From contig CAVGZQ010000001.1 in the NCBI GenBank assembly GCA_963633515.1, positions 1 to 54,255 on the forward strand: DNA of 54,255 bases. The letters run 5' to 3'. Of this stretch, positions 46,108-54,255 are shown piece by piece; the first letter of the stretch is position 1, and each line of letters starts with the position of its first letter. A program made the position numbers and the translations under genes. The notes beneath the pieces were generated by a model. It was not told where the DNA came from, ran no database searches, and saw only the letters and a list, made by a program, of their open reading frames with translations. Origin of the DNA: Bacteroidaceae bacterium. GTDB taxonomy: Bacteria > Myxococcota_A > Bradymonadia > UBA4248.

Positions 46108-46255
46108 GCGCCTATTGCCGCAGGCGGCAATACGGCTTGGGGGCTTCGCCTATTGCCGCAGGCGGCAATACGGCTTCGCGGGCTTCGCCTATTGCCGCAG
46201 GCGGCAATACGGCTTCGCGGCGGCGCTATGTTCGCGCGAGGCGAACATACGCGCC
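46108..46255. repeat. REP-like cluster: 3 tandem 38/39-bp hairpin units plus one variant hairpin
   Basis: gcCTATtgccgc-ag-gcggcaATACggc occurs at 46110, 46148 and 46187, the same unit as the 15541 array apart from the loop. Then gcgCTATgttcgc-gcga-ggcgaacATACgcgcc. Confidence 0.85.
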
Positions 46256-46469
46256 GCTTTGCCGCAGGCGACAGGGCGGCAAAGCATGCAAAAAAATCAT
46301 GCGCAAAAAGCCGAAAAAAAGCAGGCACTTTCGGCGCAAATCGTATAGTATCGCCCGCAGAACGAATGGGTTTGCGTCTGCGCCGATCGATGCCGCAAGG
46401 CGGCGGAGCTTGGCTCTCGGCATGAGACGCGCGTTTTTTGACTTTTTTTGTGACAATTTGGAGTTTCTT

Positions 46470-49400
46470 TTGACTCGCAGGATTTTGATTAATGGGCGAC
46501 GCGCGGAAGAGGTGCGCGTTGCGATAACCGACAACCAAACGCTTGAAGATTACGAGATAGAAGCGCAGCGGAGCGGACTTTTGCGCAACAATATTTACCG
46601 GGGCGTCGTATCGAATATTGCGCCGAGTCTGAATGCGGCGTTCGTCGATTTCGGCGATGCAAAAAATGGTTTTTTGGCGTTTAACGATGTCGTCGAAAGC
46701 GTGTACTGCAAGCCGGCAAAAGATGCCTATCGCATCGGCGACGTGCTTGAGCCCGGGCAGGAGCTCATCGTGCAGGTCATCAAAGATGCGGGCGGTCCCA
46801 AAGGCGCTCAGGTGACGACGAACATCAGCCTTGCGGGGCGTTATCTCGTTTTGCGTCCCAAAGATGCCAAAAGCGGCGTTTCGCGCAAAGTCGACGAAGA
46901 TGCCCGCGCCGATCTGACGCAAAAAGTGCGCAGTCTCGATTTGCCCGAGGGGTACGGATGCATCGTGCGAACGAATGCGATGGATCAATCGCGCGCGATT
47001 TTGCTGCGCGATGCCAAAGCGCTCGTGCAATTGTGGCATAAAATCGAAGCCGAAGCGGCGCGCGGATGCGGTCCGCAGTTGCTCTACAACGACCAAGACA
47101 TTGTCGTTTCCGTTATGCGCGATTACTTCGATTCGACGATTAACGAAGTTCTGATCGACGACAAATCGTGTTACGAACGCGCCATGACTTATGTCCGGGC
47201 GGCGATACCGAGCGGCAAGGACAGAATTCGGCTGTATGAAGACAAAATGCCGATTTTTTCGCGCTTCGGCATCGAAAAACAAATCGAGCAGATTTATGCG
47301 CGTCAAGTTGCGTTGCCCGGCGGCGGTTATATCGTGATCGATCCGACCGAAGCATTGACGGCGATCGATGTGAACTCGGCGCATGCGACAAAACGCGAAA
47401 ACCAAGATTTGACGGCATATCATACGAATTTGGAGGCTGCGGCGGAAATCGGACGCCAGCTGCGCATGCGCGATATCGGCGGTCTTATCGTCGTAGATTT
47501 TATCGATATGCGTTCGGGGAAACATCAACGCGATGTCGAACGCATGATGCGCAATGCCATGGCTCGCGATAAGGCGCGCAACAAAGTCGAGCGCATCAGC
47601 GCCAACGGTCTTTTGGAGATCAACCGTCAGCGCATCAGTCAGGCGCTTTCGCAGCGCATGCATCTGACTTGTCCGACGTGCGGCGGGCGCGGCACCATTC
47701 CGAGCGCCGAGGCCATCGGGCTGAGTTTGATGCGCGAAATCGACGCCCGCGCGGCGTCGGGCAACTTGGGCGGCGTCAATATCAAACTCCATCCCGACAT
47801 TGCCCAGCAGCTTCAGAACGAACGCCGCAGAGATTTTGCGCAAATCGAAACCGAATACGGCATCCGCATCGAGATTATCGCGACGCGCGAAATGTCGCGC
47901 GGCGAAGAGGCGATTGAGTGGCTGACAAAGAAACAAATCGATGCGCTTCGTCCCGAAAAAACGGCCGTCCGCGATGCGGCATCGATTATCGATGTGGCTC
48001 GGGTGTATGAGACTCAAGATGACTCGGACGATGCTTACCGACCTAATGATTACGAAGAGTTTGCCGGCGACGATGCGCGCCGCAAACGCGCGTCGAGACG
48101 CGCGCGCCGGCGCGATGCCGCGCGGTGCTGCGTTTGCGAATCCTGTGCAAACAAACCCCAAGACATCGAAGATTATTCGGCGGCAAGCGAAGAGGCTGAA
48201 GAAGATTTGTCAAAGCGCCGTTTAAATCGCGACGATCAATTGAACCGCAGCGCAGACGGCGGCGCGCGCCGCCGGAGCGTGTCATGCGCCGATGTTGCCG
48301 CGCATAAGCCGCAGCGCATCGCAGATATCGGGACGGTTGCCGGTCTTGCCGTTCTCGCGGCGCTGATCGGCAAACTTGCGCCGCATATGAACGAAGCCGG
48401 CGATGAAGATCGGATGAAGCGCCGATTCAGCGCGCGCCGCCGTCCGAGCAAAAGACCGAACGCTTCGGGCATTCCGACCGATTTCCGCATGTTCGTTTGG
48501 GATTTGGCAAAAGCCGTGTGCGTTCGGGTTTTCGGGCTTTCGGACGAAATCGCGCGCAAAGACATGGCCGAGCGATTGGGAGACGTTGCGAGTTATTTTG
48601 AATCGATGGCCGAAGCTTCGGGCGAAGAGCGCGACGAAGCCGTCAGCCGGCTTCGCGCCGCGATAACGTCCCGTCATGCGTCTTCTCGGCTTTCGAATAT
48701 GTTTGATGCCGAGCCGGAGGCACCGGCCGACGAAATGGCCGCCATGCTTTTGGCTGCCCGCGACAAAGTCGTTGCGCATATCGCCGACCGAGGCATGACG
48801 GGATGCGCCGAAGCCGCAGAAACAGCTCTTATGCCGTCGATCGCGCGATTTTTGGGCGATAATAATAATGCCGGCGCAGCTCAAGACAACCGAAACAGCA
48901 GCGCGGCGGCCGATGCCGACGAAGCGCCCGCCGACAGCTATACGGTTGCCGATGCGATTGAGGCATTGCCGGAAGACGCGCGTCAGGCGGCCGATGCTTC
49001 GGCGGATGCGCCGCAGCAATTGCGGCAGATGCGCCGAAGCATACGGCGCCGCAGCGCGATTTCCGAACAAACCGCCGATCTGCCGTCCGAGATCGCATTG
49101 CCGGCCGGCAATGCCGAGGCGTTTAAATCGCCCTATATTGCAGACAATGAACCGGTTGTGACTGCCGATGTCGCCATTGCGTCCATGACGCCGGCCGAAA
49201 CGGTTAACGCCGATCGCGACGAAAGTTTGATATCGACATCGGAAATGCCTGCGGTTTCGCGCAGCCGGCGTTCGCGATCGCGCGACAGAAAACGCATCGA
49301 TCAAATCGGCGGCGCGAGCCGGGCCGAGGACGCAATCGCCCCTGCGTTGCAAGCCGAACGCGGCGGAGACGCCGATGCCGAACCGTCGGAAGCCAAAGCC

Positions 49401-50384
49401 GCCGAAACGTCGGATGCGCCGCGAAGCGACGATGCCCCGGAAGGCGCCCGGCGCCGAGTCCGCCGTTCGCGCGGAAACATTTGCGATTCTGCGCTCAAAT
49501 CGGACGGCGGCGTTGCCGCCGACGAAACGCGATCGGTTTCGGCGCAGTCCGATGCCGAGGCATCGGACTGCGCAGCGCCCGAGACGACGGCGGCAGACGA
49601 AAACATGCCGCGCCGGCGCGAACGCCGCGCGCGCAGACCGGAAATCGGCGGCGATAATGCAGCCAAATCGGGCGAAGCCGCCGAAACGGCTGTTTCGCAA
49701 TGCGCCGAAATCTCTGCCGCCGGCGCGAAAACGCCGATTTCCGCCGAACAAAAGCCGAAATCGCGGCGTCTTCGCAGCGAACGCAAAAATGGTCAAACGG
49801 AGAAGGAAAAAGCGTCGGCTGACGCCGCAAACGCGACGTCGGAAGCCGGGGATGCCGCTTGCCCGGCGCCGCGCAATGACTCGGCTGCCGACAAAAGCGC
49901 CGGACGCAGCGTCAGACGCGTGCGCAAAGTCAGCGCGGTCAGCATGAACCTCGATGCTTATGCCCAAGACGAAGCGCGCATGACGCCGTCGGCAAATTGC
50001 GGCGGGCGTGTTCCCGAACATGCGCCGGAGCCGCAGTCCGAGATCCTATCACGCCAAATGCCGCCCCAAAAAGCCGATGCCCAAAGCGAACGGCGCAGTG
50101 CCGACGCCGGCATGACGGACGCTCAAAAGCACGAAGCCGGCGGCAGCGTCATTGAGTCGGCCGACGCCCGCAGCGAAAAAGACGGCGGCAATGCGCCTCG
50201 CGCGCGCAGAACGCGCACGGTTCGCGCCAAACTTTCCGGCAATGATGCGCAACCGACAGCGGCCGATGCCGAAGAATCGGATACGCAACCGGACGGCGAA
50301 GATGTTGCGGCGGTTGCAGCGCCGAGAGAACGCCGCGCGCGGCAAACGCGCCGAACGCGTCCGAACGGCGATCAAAACGCATAA
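46470..50384 (+). CDS. rne: Ribonuclease E (catalytic N-terminal half plus long Arg-rich disordered C-terminal half)
   Basis: GGAG 6 nt before TTG 46470 gives (M)TRRILINGRRAEEVRVAITDNQTLEDYEIE, the canonical RNase E/G N-terminus. S1 domain NIYRGVVSNIAPSLNAAFVDFG, LTAIDVNSA, Zn-link CPTCGGRGT. In-frame ATG 46422 is an alternative start. The track ORF start 46098 runs through the repeats and is rejected. Confidence 0.85.
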   Translation: MTRRILINGRRAEEVRVAITDNQTLEDYEIEAQRSGLLRNNIYRGVVSNIAPSLNAAFVDFGDAKNGFLAFNDVVESVYCKPAKDAYRIGDVLEPGQELIVQVIKDAGGPKGAQVTTNISLAGRYLVLRPKDAKSGVSRKVDEDARADLTQKVRSLDLPEGYGCIVRTNAMDQSRAILLRDAKALVQLWHKIEAEAARGCGPQLLYNDQDIVVSVMRDYFDSTINEVLIDDKSCYERAMTYVRAAIPSGKDRIRLYEDKMPIFSRFGIEKQIEQIYARQVALPGGGYIVIDPTEALTAIDVNSAHATKRENQDLTAYHTNLEAAAEIGRQLRMRDIGGLIVVDFIDMRSGKHQRDVERMMRNAMARDKARNKVERISANGLLEINRQRISQALSQRMHLTCPTCGGRGTIPSAEAIGLSLMREIDARAASGNLGGVNIKLHPDIAQQLQNERRRDFAQIETEYGIRIEIIATREMSRGEEAIEWLTKKQIDALRPEKTAVRDAASIIDVARVYETQDDSDDAYRPNDYEEFAGDDARRKRASRRARRRDAARCCVCESCANKPQDIEDYSAASEEAEEDLSKRRLNRDDQLNRSADGGARRRSVSCADVAAHKPQRIADIGTVAGLAVLAALIGKLAPHMNEAGDEDRMKRRFSARRRPSKRPNASGIPTDFRMFVWDLAKAVCVRVFGLSDEIARKDMAERLGDVASYFESMAEASGEERDEAVSRLRAAITSRHASSRLSNMFDAEPEAPADEMAAMLLAARDKVVAHIADRGMTGCAEAAETALMPSIARFLGDNNNAGAAQDNRNSSAAADADEAPADSYTVADAIEALPEDARQAADASADAPQQLRQMRRSIRRRSAISEQTADLPSEIALPAGNAEAFKSPYIADNEPVVTADVAIASMTPAETVNADRDESLISTSEMPAVSRSRRSRSRDRKRIDQIGGASRAEDAIAPALQAERGGDADAEPSEAKAAETSDAPRSDDAPEGARRRVRRSRGNICDSALKSDGGVAADETRSVSAQSDAEASDCAAPETTAADENMPRRRERRARRPEIGGDNAAKSGEAAETAVSQCAEISAAGAKTPISAEQKPKSRRLRSERKNGQTEKEKASADAANATSEAGDAACPAPRNDSAADKSAGRSVRRVRKVSAVSMNLDAYAQDEARMTPSANCGGRVPEHAPEPQSEILSRQMPPQKADAQSERRSADAGMTDAQKHEAGGSVIESADARSEKDGGNAPRARRTRTVRAKLSGNDAQPTAADAEESDTQPDGEDVAAVAAPRERRARQTRRTRPNGDQNA

Positions 50385-50426
50385 AAGCAGATTGTTTGCC
50401 GCAATCGGCGATTTTTAAGTTCTCAG

Positions 50427-50455
50427 ACGCGTCCGAAGCATTTCGGACGCGTTTT
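50427..50455 (+). terminator. Candidate terminator of rne
   Basis: acgcgtccgaa-gcat-ttcggacgcgt perfect 11-bp stem followed by TTT. Confidence 0.65.
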
Positions 50456-50496
50456 GGTCTGTATCCGTCATGGTTTGACGGTTTTACGCATTTCGT

Positions 50497-52818
50497 TTGA
50501 GATACCCGATAACAATGATAACAACGCAACAATTAAGCATGCAAATTGCACGGGAGCTGTCGATCGGCGAGCATCAGGCCGAAGCTGTTCTCGGTTTATT
50601 GGAAGAGAACGCGACCGTTCCGTTTATCGCAAGATACAGAAAAGAGCGCACCGGCGGTCTTGATGAAGTGCAAATCCGAGCCATAGAAGAGCGCCGCGAC
50701 TATCTTTCCGATCTTTCCCAACGGCGCGATGCCATCCTTTCGGCGATCGAAGCGCAAGGCAAGCTTACCCCCGAATTGCGCAAGCAGATCGAAGACGCAG
50801 CGACCAAATCGACGCTGGAAGATCTCTATCTTCCCTACAAGCCCAAGCGCCGCACGCGCGCGATGATTGCGCGGGAAAAGGGGCTTGAACCGTTGGCCGA
50901 ACGCATTTTGGCGCAGCCTGCGTCGGGCGATCCGCTCGAAGAGGCCAAAGCTTTTGTCAATCCGGAATTGGGCGTCGAATCGGCGCGGGATGCTCTTGAC
51001 GGCGCAAGCGACATCGTCGCCGAAGCCGTTTCGGAAACTGCCGAAATCCGCGATTATCTGCGGCAATTTATGACCGATGCCGGCGAAATTTTCGCTCAAA
51101 AAACGGAAAAAGCCGACGAAGAGCGTTCGAAATTCGAACAATATTACGATTACAAAGCACCGCTCAAAGATTGCAAAGGTCACCGTTTTTTGGCCATTCG
51201 GCGCGGCGAACGCGAAGGTTTTTTGCGCGCGCAAATCGAAATCGACGGCGATCGCGCCGTTGCGGAAATAGCGCGGCGCATGCATATCGACGAGAAATCG
51301 CCGTTTGCCCCCGTTCTGAGCGAATCGTGCCGCGATGCTTATGAGCGGCTGCTTTCATCGAGCATCGAATCGGATGTGCGCGTGACGCTCAAGCAAGAAG
51401 CCGATGTTGAGGCTGTCGAAGTCTTTGCCAAGAATGCCGAAAATCTTCTGCTGGCGGCGCCGCTCGGCACATTTGCCGTCATCGGCATCGATCCGGGGCT
51501 TCGCACGGGATGCAAGTGCGCTGCGCTCGATGAGACGGGCAAATTTCTCGATAACATGACGATATATCCCGAAACGGGCAATCGCGAAAAAGCGGCGCAA
51601 GAGTTTAAACAATTTATGCGCAAGCATCCGTCGAGAGCCATTGCCATAGGCAACGGCACGGCCGGACGCGAAACCGAAGCGTTCGTGCGGGAAATCGTTT
51701 CGCAAACGGAAGCGTCCGAACGTCCTTTCGTCGTCATGGTTTCCGAATCGGGGGCAAGCATTTACTCGGCGTCGGACGTTGCCCGCGAAGAGTTTCCCGA
51801 TCTCGATCTTACCGTCCGCGGCGCGATTTCCATCGGCCGGCGGCTCCAAGATCCGCTGGCGGAACTCGTCAAAATCGACCCAAAATCGATCGGCGTCGGG
51901 CAATATCAGCATGATGTGTTTCAGCCTCTTTTGAAACGCAAACTCGAAGAGATCGTCGAATCGTGCGTCAACCGCGTCGGCGTCGAACTGAATACGGCTT
52001 CGGCGGAATTGCTCAAATACGTTGCCGGCATCGGTTCGTCGATGGCAAAAAAAATCGTTTCATACCGCGAGAATAACGGAAGCTTCAAATCGCGGACGCA
52101 GCTTCTGAAAGTCGCCGGACTGGGACCGAAAACATTCGAGCAGGCAGCGGGCTTTATTCGCGTCCGCGAAAGCGACAACCCGCTCGATGCGTCGGCTGTT
52201 CACCCGGAGCGTTATGAACTCGTCGAAAAAATCGCGCGGGATATGGGTATTTCTGTAAAAGATCTCGTCGGAAATGCAGGGTATGCGAAGAAGATTCCCA
52301 TTCAATCGTATATCGGCGGCGACGTCGGAGAAATGACGCTGCGCGATATTGTCGATGAACTTCAAAAACCGGGGCGCGATCCGCGCGCCCGATTCGAACC
52401 GCCCAAATTCGACGCCGCCGTTACGCAAATCGAAGATCTTAAGCCCGGCATGATTCTCAACGGCATCGTGACAAACGTGACGAATTTCGGCGCATTCGTC
52501 GATATCGGGGTTCATCAGGACGGACTCGTTCATATTTCGGCGCTGAGCAACCGATTCGTATCGAATCCGTCCGATATCGTTGCTGCGGGCGATTGTGTCC
52601 GCGTGCGCGTGTCGGATGTCGATGCCGCCCGAAAACGGATAAGTTTAAGTTGCCGGCTTGAAGACGATGCGGACGGCGGCGGCCGCAAAAAAACGCCCGA
52701 AGCCCAAACGAATTCGGGCAAGAGCGCCAAGCCCCGGCAATCGGCGGGCAAACGCGACGGAAAAAACAGCGCCGCCGGCGTGTTCGGCAACAATCCGTTT
52801 GCGTCGCTCAAGCGCTGA
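50497..52818 (+). CDS. tex: Tex-like transcription accessory protein (S1 RNA-binding domain)
   Basis: ...IARELSIGEHQAEAVLGLLEENATVPFIARYRKERTGGLDE..., YqgF-like GIDPGLRTGCK, HhH region, C-terminal S1 GIVTNVTNFGAFVDIGVHQDGLVHIS. The start could be one of the Met codons at 50497/50515/50539. Confidence 0.9.
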   Translation: MRYPITMITTQQLSMQIARELSIGEHQAEAVLGLLEENATVPFIARYRKERTGGLDEVQIRAIEERRDYLSDLSQRRDAILSAIEAQGKLTPELRKQIEDAATKSTLEDLYLPYKPKRRTRAMIAREKGLEPLAERILAQPASGDPLEEAKAFVNPELGVESARDALDGASDIVAEAVSETAEIRDYLRQFMTDAGEIFAQKTEKADEERSKFEQYYDYKAPLKDCKGHRFLAIRRGEREGFLRAQIEIDGDRAVAEIARRMHIDEKSPFAPVLSESCRDAYERLLSSSIESDVRVTLKQEADVEAVEVFAKNAENLLLAAPLGTFAVIGIDPGLRTGCKCAALDETGKFLDNMTIYPETGNREKAAQEFKQFMRKHPSRAIAIGNGTAGRETEAFVREIVSQTEASERPFVVMVSESGASIYSASDVAREEFPDLDLTVRGAISIGRRLQDPLAELVKIDPKSIGVGQYQHDVFQPLLKRKLEEIVESCVNRVGVELNTASAELLKYVAGIGSSMAKKIVSYRENNGSFKSRTQLLKVAGLGPKTFEQAAGFIRVRESDNPLDASAVHPERYELVEKIARDMGISVKDLVGNAGYAKKIPIQSYIGGDVGEMTLRDIVDELQKPGRDPRARFEPPKFDAAVTQIEDLKPGMILNGIVTNVTNFGAFVDIGVHQDGLVHISALSNRFVSNPSDIVAAGDCVRVRVSDVDAARKRISLSCRLEDDADGGGRKKTPEAQTNSGKSAKPRQSAGKRDGKNSAAGVFGNNPFASLKR

Positions 52819-52822
52819 TTGC

Positions 52823-52865
52823 GCTTCGCGCGGAATTGCCTTTGCCGCGCGAAGCGGCAGTTTTT
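52823..52865 (+). terminator. Candidate terminator of tex
   Basis: gcttcgcgcgg-aattgcctttg-ccgcgcgaagc perfect 11-bp stem, then ggcag and T5. Confidence 0.5.
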
Positions 52866-52937
52866 GGGCGTTAATCCTCTTCACAACGCCGGATTCAATG
52901 CGCGGATTTTCCGCCCCCCCTCGCGAGGAAATTGCCG

Positions 52938-54092
52938 ATGGATGATATCTGTTGGATGAAAGAAGCCATGAGCGAAGCCGCCAAAGGCGGCCGGACAACG
53001 CATCCCAACCCGATGGTCGGGGCAGTTCTCGCGCGAGACGGGATAGAACTCGGACGCGGTTATCATCGCCGCGCGGGAATGCCCCATGCCGAAATCGAAG
53101 CGTTGCGAAACGCCGAAGCAAACGGTTTTGGCGACGTTTCGGGGGCAACGCTCTATGTTACCATGGAGCCGTGCAATCATTACGGACGGACGCCGCCTTG
53201 CACCGAGGCGCTTATCGGCGCCAAAATCAAACGATGCGTCATCGGGACGCGCGATCCGAACCATCATGTGCGCGGCGGCGGCGTCGAACGGCTCGAGGCG
53301 GCGGGGATTTCGTGCTCCGTCGGTTTGTGTCAAAAGGAATTGGTTTTCCTCAATCGGGCATTCTTTACCGCATCTCGGTTCGGCCGTCCTTATATAACCG
53401 CCAAATGGGCGATGTCTGCCGACGGCAAAATAGCGACGCGCACGGGGCATTCTCAGTGGGTGACAGGCGATTTGTCGCGGCGCGACGTGCATGAACAGCG
53501 CGCTCAAAACGATGCCGTCATGGTCGGCACGCAGACGGCGTGCGCCGACAATCCGCAACTCAGCGTCCGTCATGCCGCAACCGATCGTCAGCCGCTGCGC
53601 GTCATACTCGATCGGCGGTTGCGCATTCCTCCCGATGCCCGGGTTTTCGATACGGCGCAACAGAGAACCGTTCTTTTCACGACGCATGCAAATGCCGAGT
53701 CTGCGCGCGGCCGACGCAACGGCGCAGCCGTCGAAAGCGTCGATGAATGCGCGATGCGGTCTTGCGGCGGCGATTGCAACGGCGATGCCCTCGGGCTCGA
53801 TTTGGATCAAGTCTTCAGAATACTCGCCGAACGCTATGACGTAACGACGCTCTACTGCGAAGGCGGCGCCGAGCTCTTGGGACAATTGCGCGATAAAGGC
53901 TTCATCGACGAATGCCACATATATATCGCGCCGAAAATTGTCGGCGGCCGCGATGCGCTTGGGGCAATGACGGGATTCGGCGCGCAAACGATGGATGACG
54001 CAAGCGTTTGCCGATTTGATCCGCCGGTTTGGTTGGGCGGCGATATCAAACTCGTCGGTTATATCGATCGTCTGACGACGGCATGCGTCTGA
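52938..54092 (+). CDS. ribD: Bifunctional riboflavin biosynthesis protein RibD (deaminase/reductase)
   Basis: GAGGA SD 8 nt before ATG 52938. Deaminase motifs HAEIEAL and TLYVTMEPCNHYGRTPPC; reductase half ...YITAKWAMSADGKIA... The track start 52932 is a TTG two codons upstream. Confidence 0.9.
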   Translation: MDDICWMKEAMSEAAKGGRTTHPNPMVGAVLARDGIELGRGYHRRAGMPHAEIEALRNAEANGFGDVSGATLYVTMEPCNHYGRTPPCTEALIGAKIKRCVIGTRDPNHHVRGGGVERLEAAGISCSVGLCQKELVFLNRAFFTASRFGRPYITAKWAMSADGKIATRTGHSQWVTGDLSRRDVHEQRAQNDAVMVGTQTACADNPQLSVRHAATDRQPLRVILDRRLRIPPDARVFDTAQQRTVLFTTHANAESARGRRNGAAVESVDECAMRSCGGDCNGDALGLDLDQVFRILAERYDVTTLYCEGGAELLGQLRDKGFIDECHIYIAPKIVGGRDALGAMTGFGAQTMDDASVCRFDPPVWLGGDIKLVGYIDRLTTACV

Positions 54093-54105
54093 CGATTAAA
54101 AAAAA

Positions 54106-54255
54106 GCGCGTATGCTCGCAGCTGCCGCCTGCCTCGCGCGGCAGGCGGCAGCGAGAACATAGCGCGATCGGCGCGGCGCATTTGCAACGCAAACAGCCGC
54201 GCCCGCCTGCCGTATTTGCAACGCAAATAGGCAGGCTCGGCCGCGCGTATTGCCC
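54106..54255. repeat. REP/BIME-like hairpin cluster (runs to window end)
   Basis: gcgcGTATgctcgc[agctgccgcctgcc-tcgcgc-ggcaggcggcagc]gagaacATAGcgc (nested); ggcgcatttgc-aac-gcaaacagcc; cctgccGTATttgc-aac-gcaaATAGgcagg; gccgcgcGTATtgccc... Confidence 0.8.

Noticed and set aside
46098-46469. Upstream part of track ORF 46098..50384 as the N-terminus of RNase E
   Set aside because: It translates the REP-like hairpins (…ASPIAAGGNTASRASPIAAGGNTAS…). The canonical RNase E N-terminus (TRRILING…) begins at TTG 46470, which has a GGAG SD.
52819-52937. FMN riboswitch upstream of ribD
   Set aside because: The spacer is only about 120 nt. It is mostly the tex terminator hairpin and lacks the conserved FMN-element core, as far as I can read it.

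Overview
GC-rich bacterial chromosomal segment. An AgmX/PglI-type C-terminal domain protein, a Hanks-type kinase and many Cys-rich lipoproteins suggest a Myxococcota/Bdellovibrionota-like lineage, but this is inference only. Recognisable housekeeping genes are add, a PBP4/DacB-family peptidase, grpE-dnaK, rpsA, mnmG, rne, tex and ribD. The main result is an accessory block at about 12.0-27.7 kb, between an AgmX-like gene and dnaK. It holds scattered contractile-injection-system (phage-tail-like/eCIS) parts: a P2 gpE-like tail assembly chaperone with a likely -1 programmed frameshift at a G7 run, a tail sheath gene, an eCIS-type AAA+ ATPase, and a signal-less HEXXH protein that could be a payload, coupled to a lipoprotein. 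I could not recognise any tube, spike, baseplate, tape-measure or cap gene. The sheath gene is followed directly by a terminator, an 11-copy 38-bp hairpin array, an AT-rich junction and a degraded PD-(D/E)XK (Rpn-like) nuclease gene. Across the whole window the intergenic regions carry a family of REP/BIME-like GC hairpins with conserved GTAT...ATAG clamps and compensatory stems, including two tandem arrays (11 x 38 bp and 4 x 78 bp). Other notable loci are three tandem Cys-rich repeat lipoprotein genes (2-4709), a two-gene module of unknown function that includes a protein with seven acidic FF motifs (34970-39885), and a fused double MlaF-like ABC ATPase with no permease next to a tail-anchored Ser/Thr kinase. 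Many long ORFs in the track are antisense or repeat-translation artefacts. All family assignments rest on motifs I recognised by eye; no searches were run.
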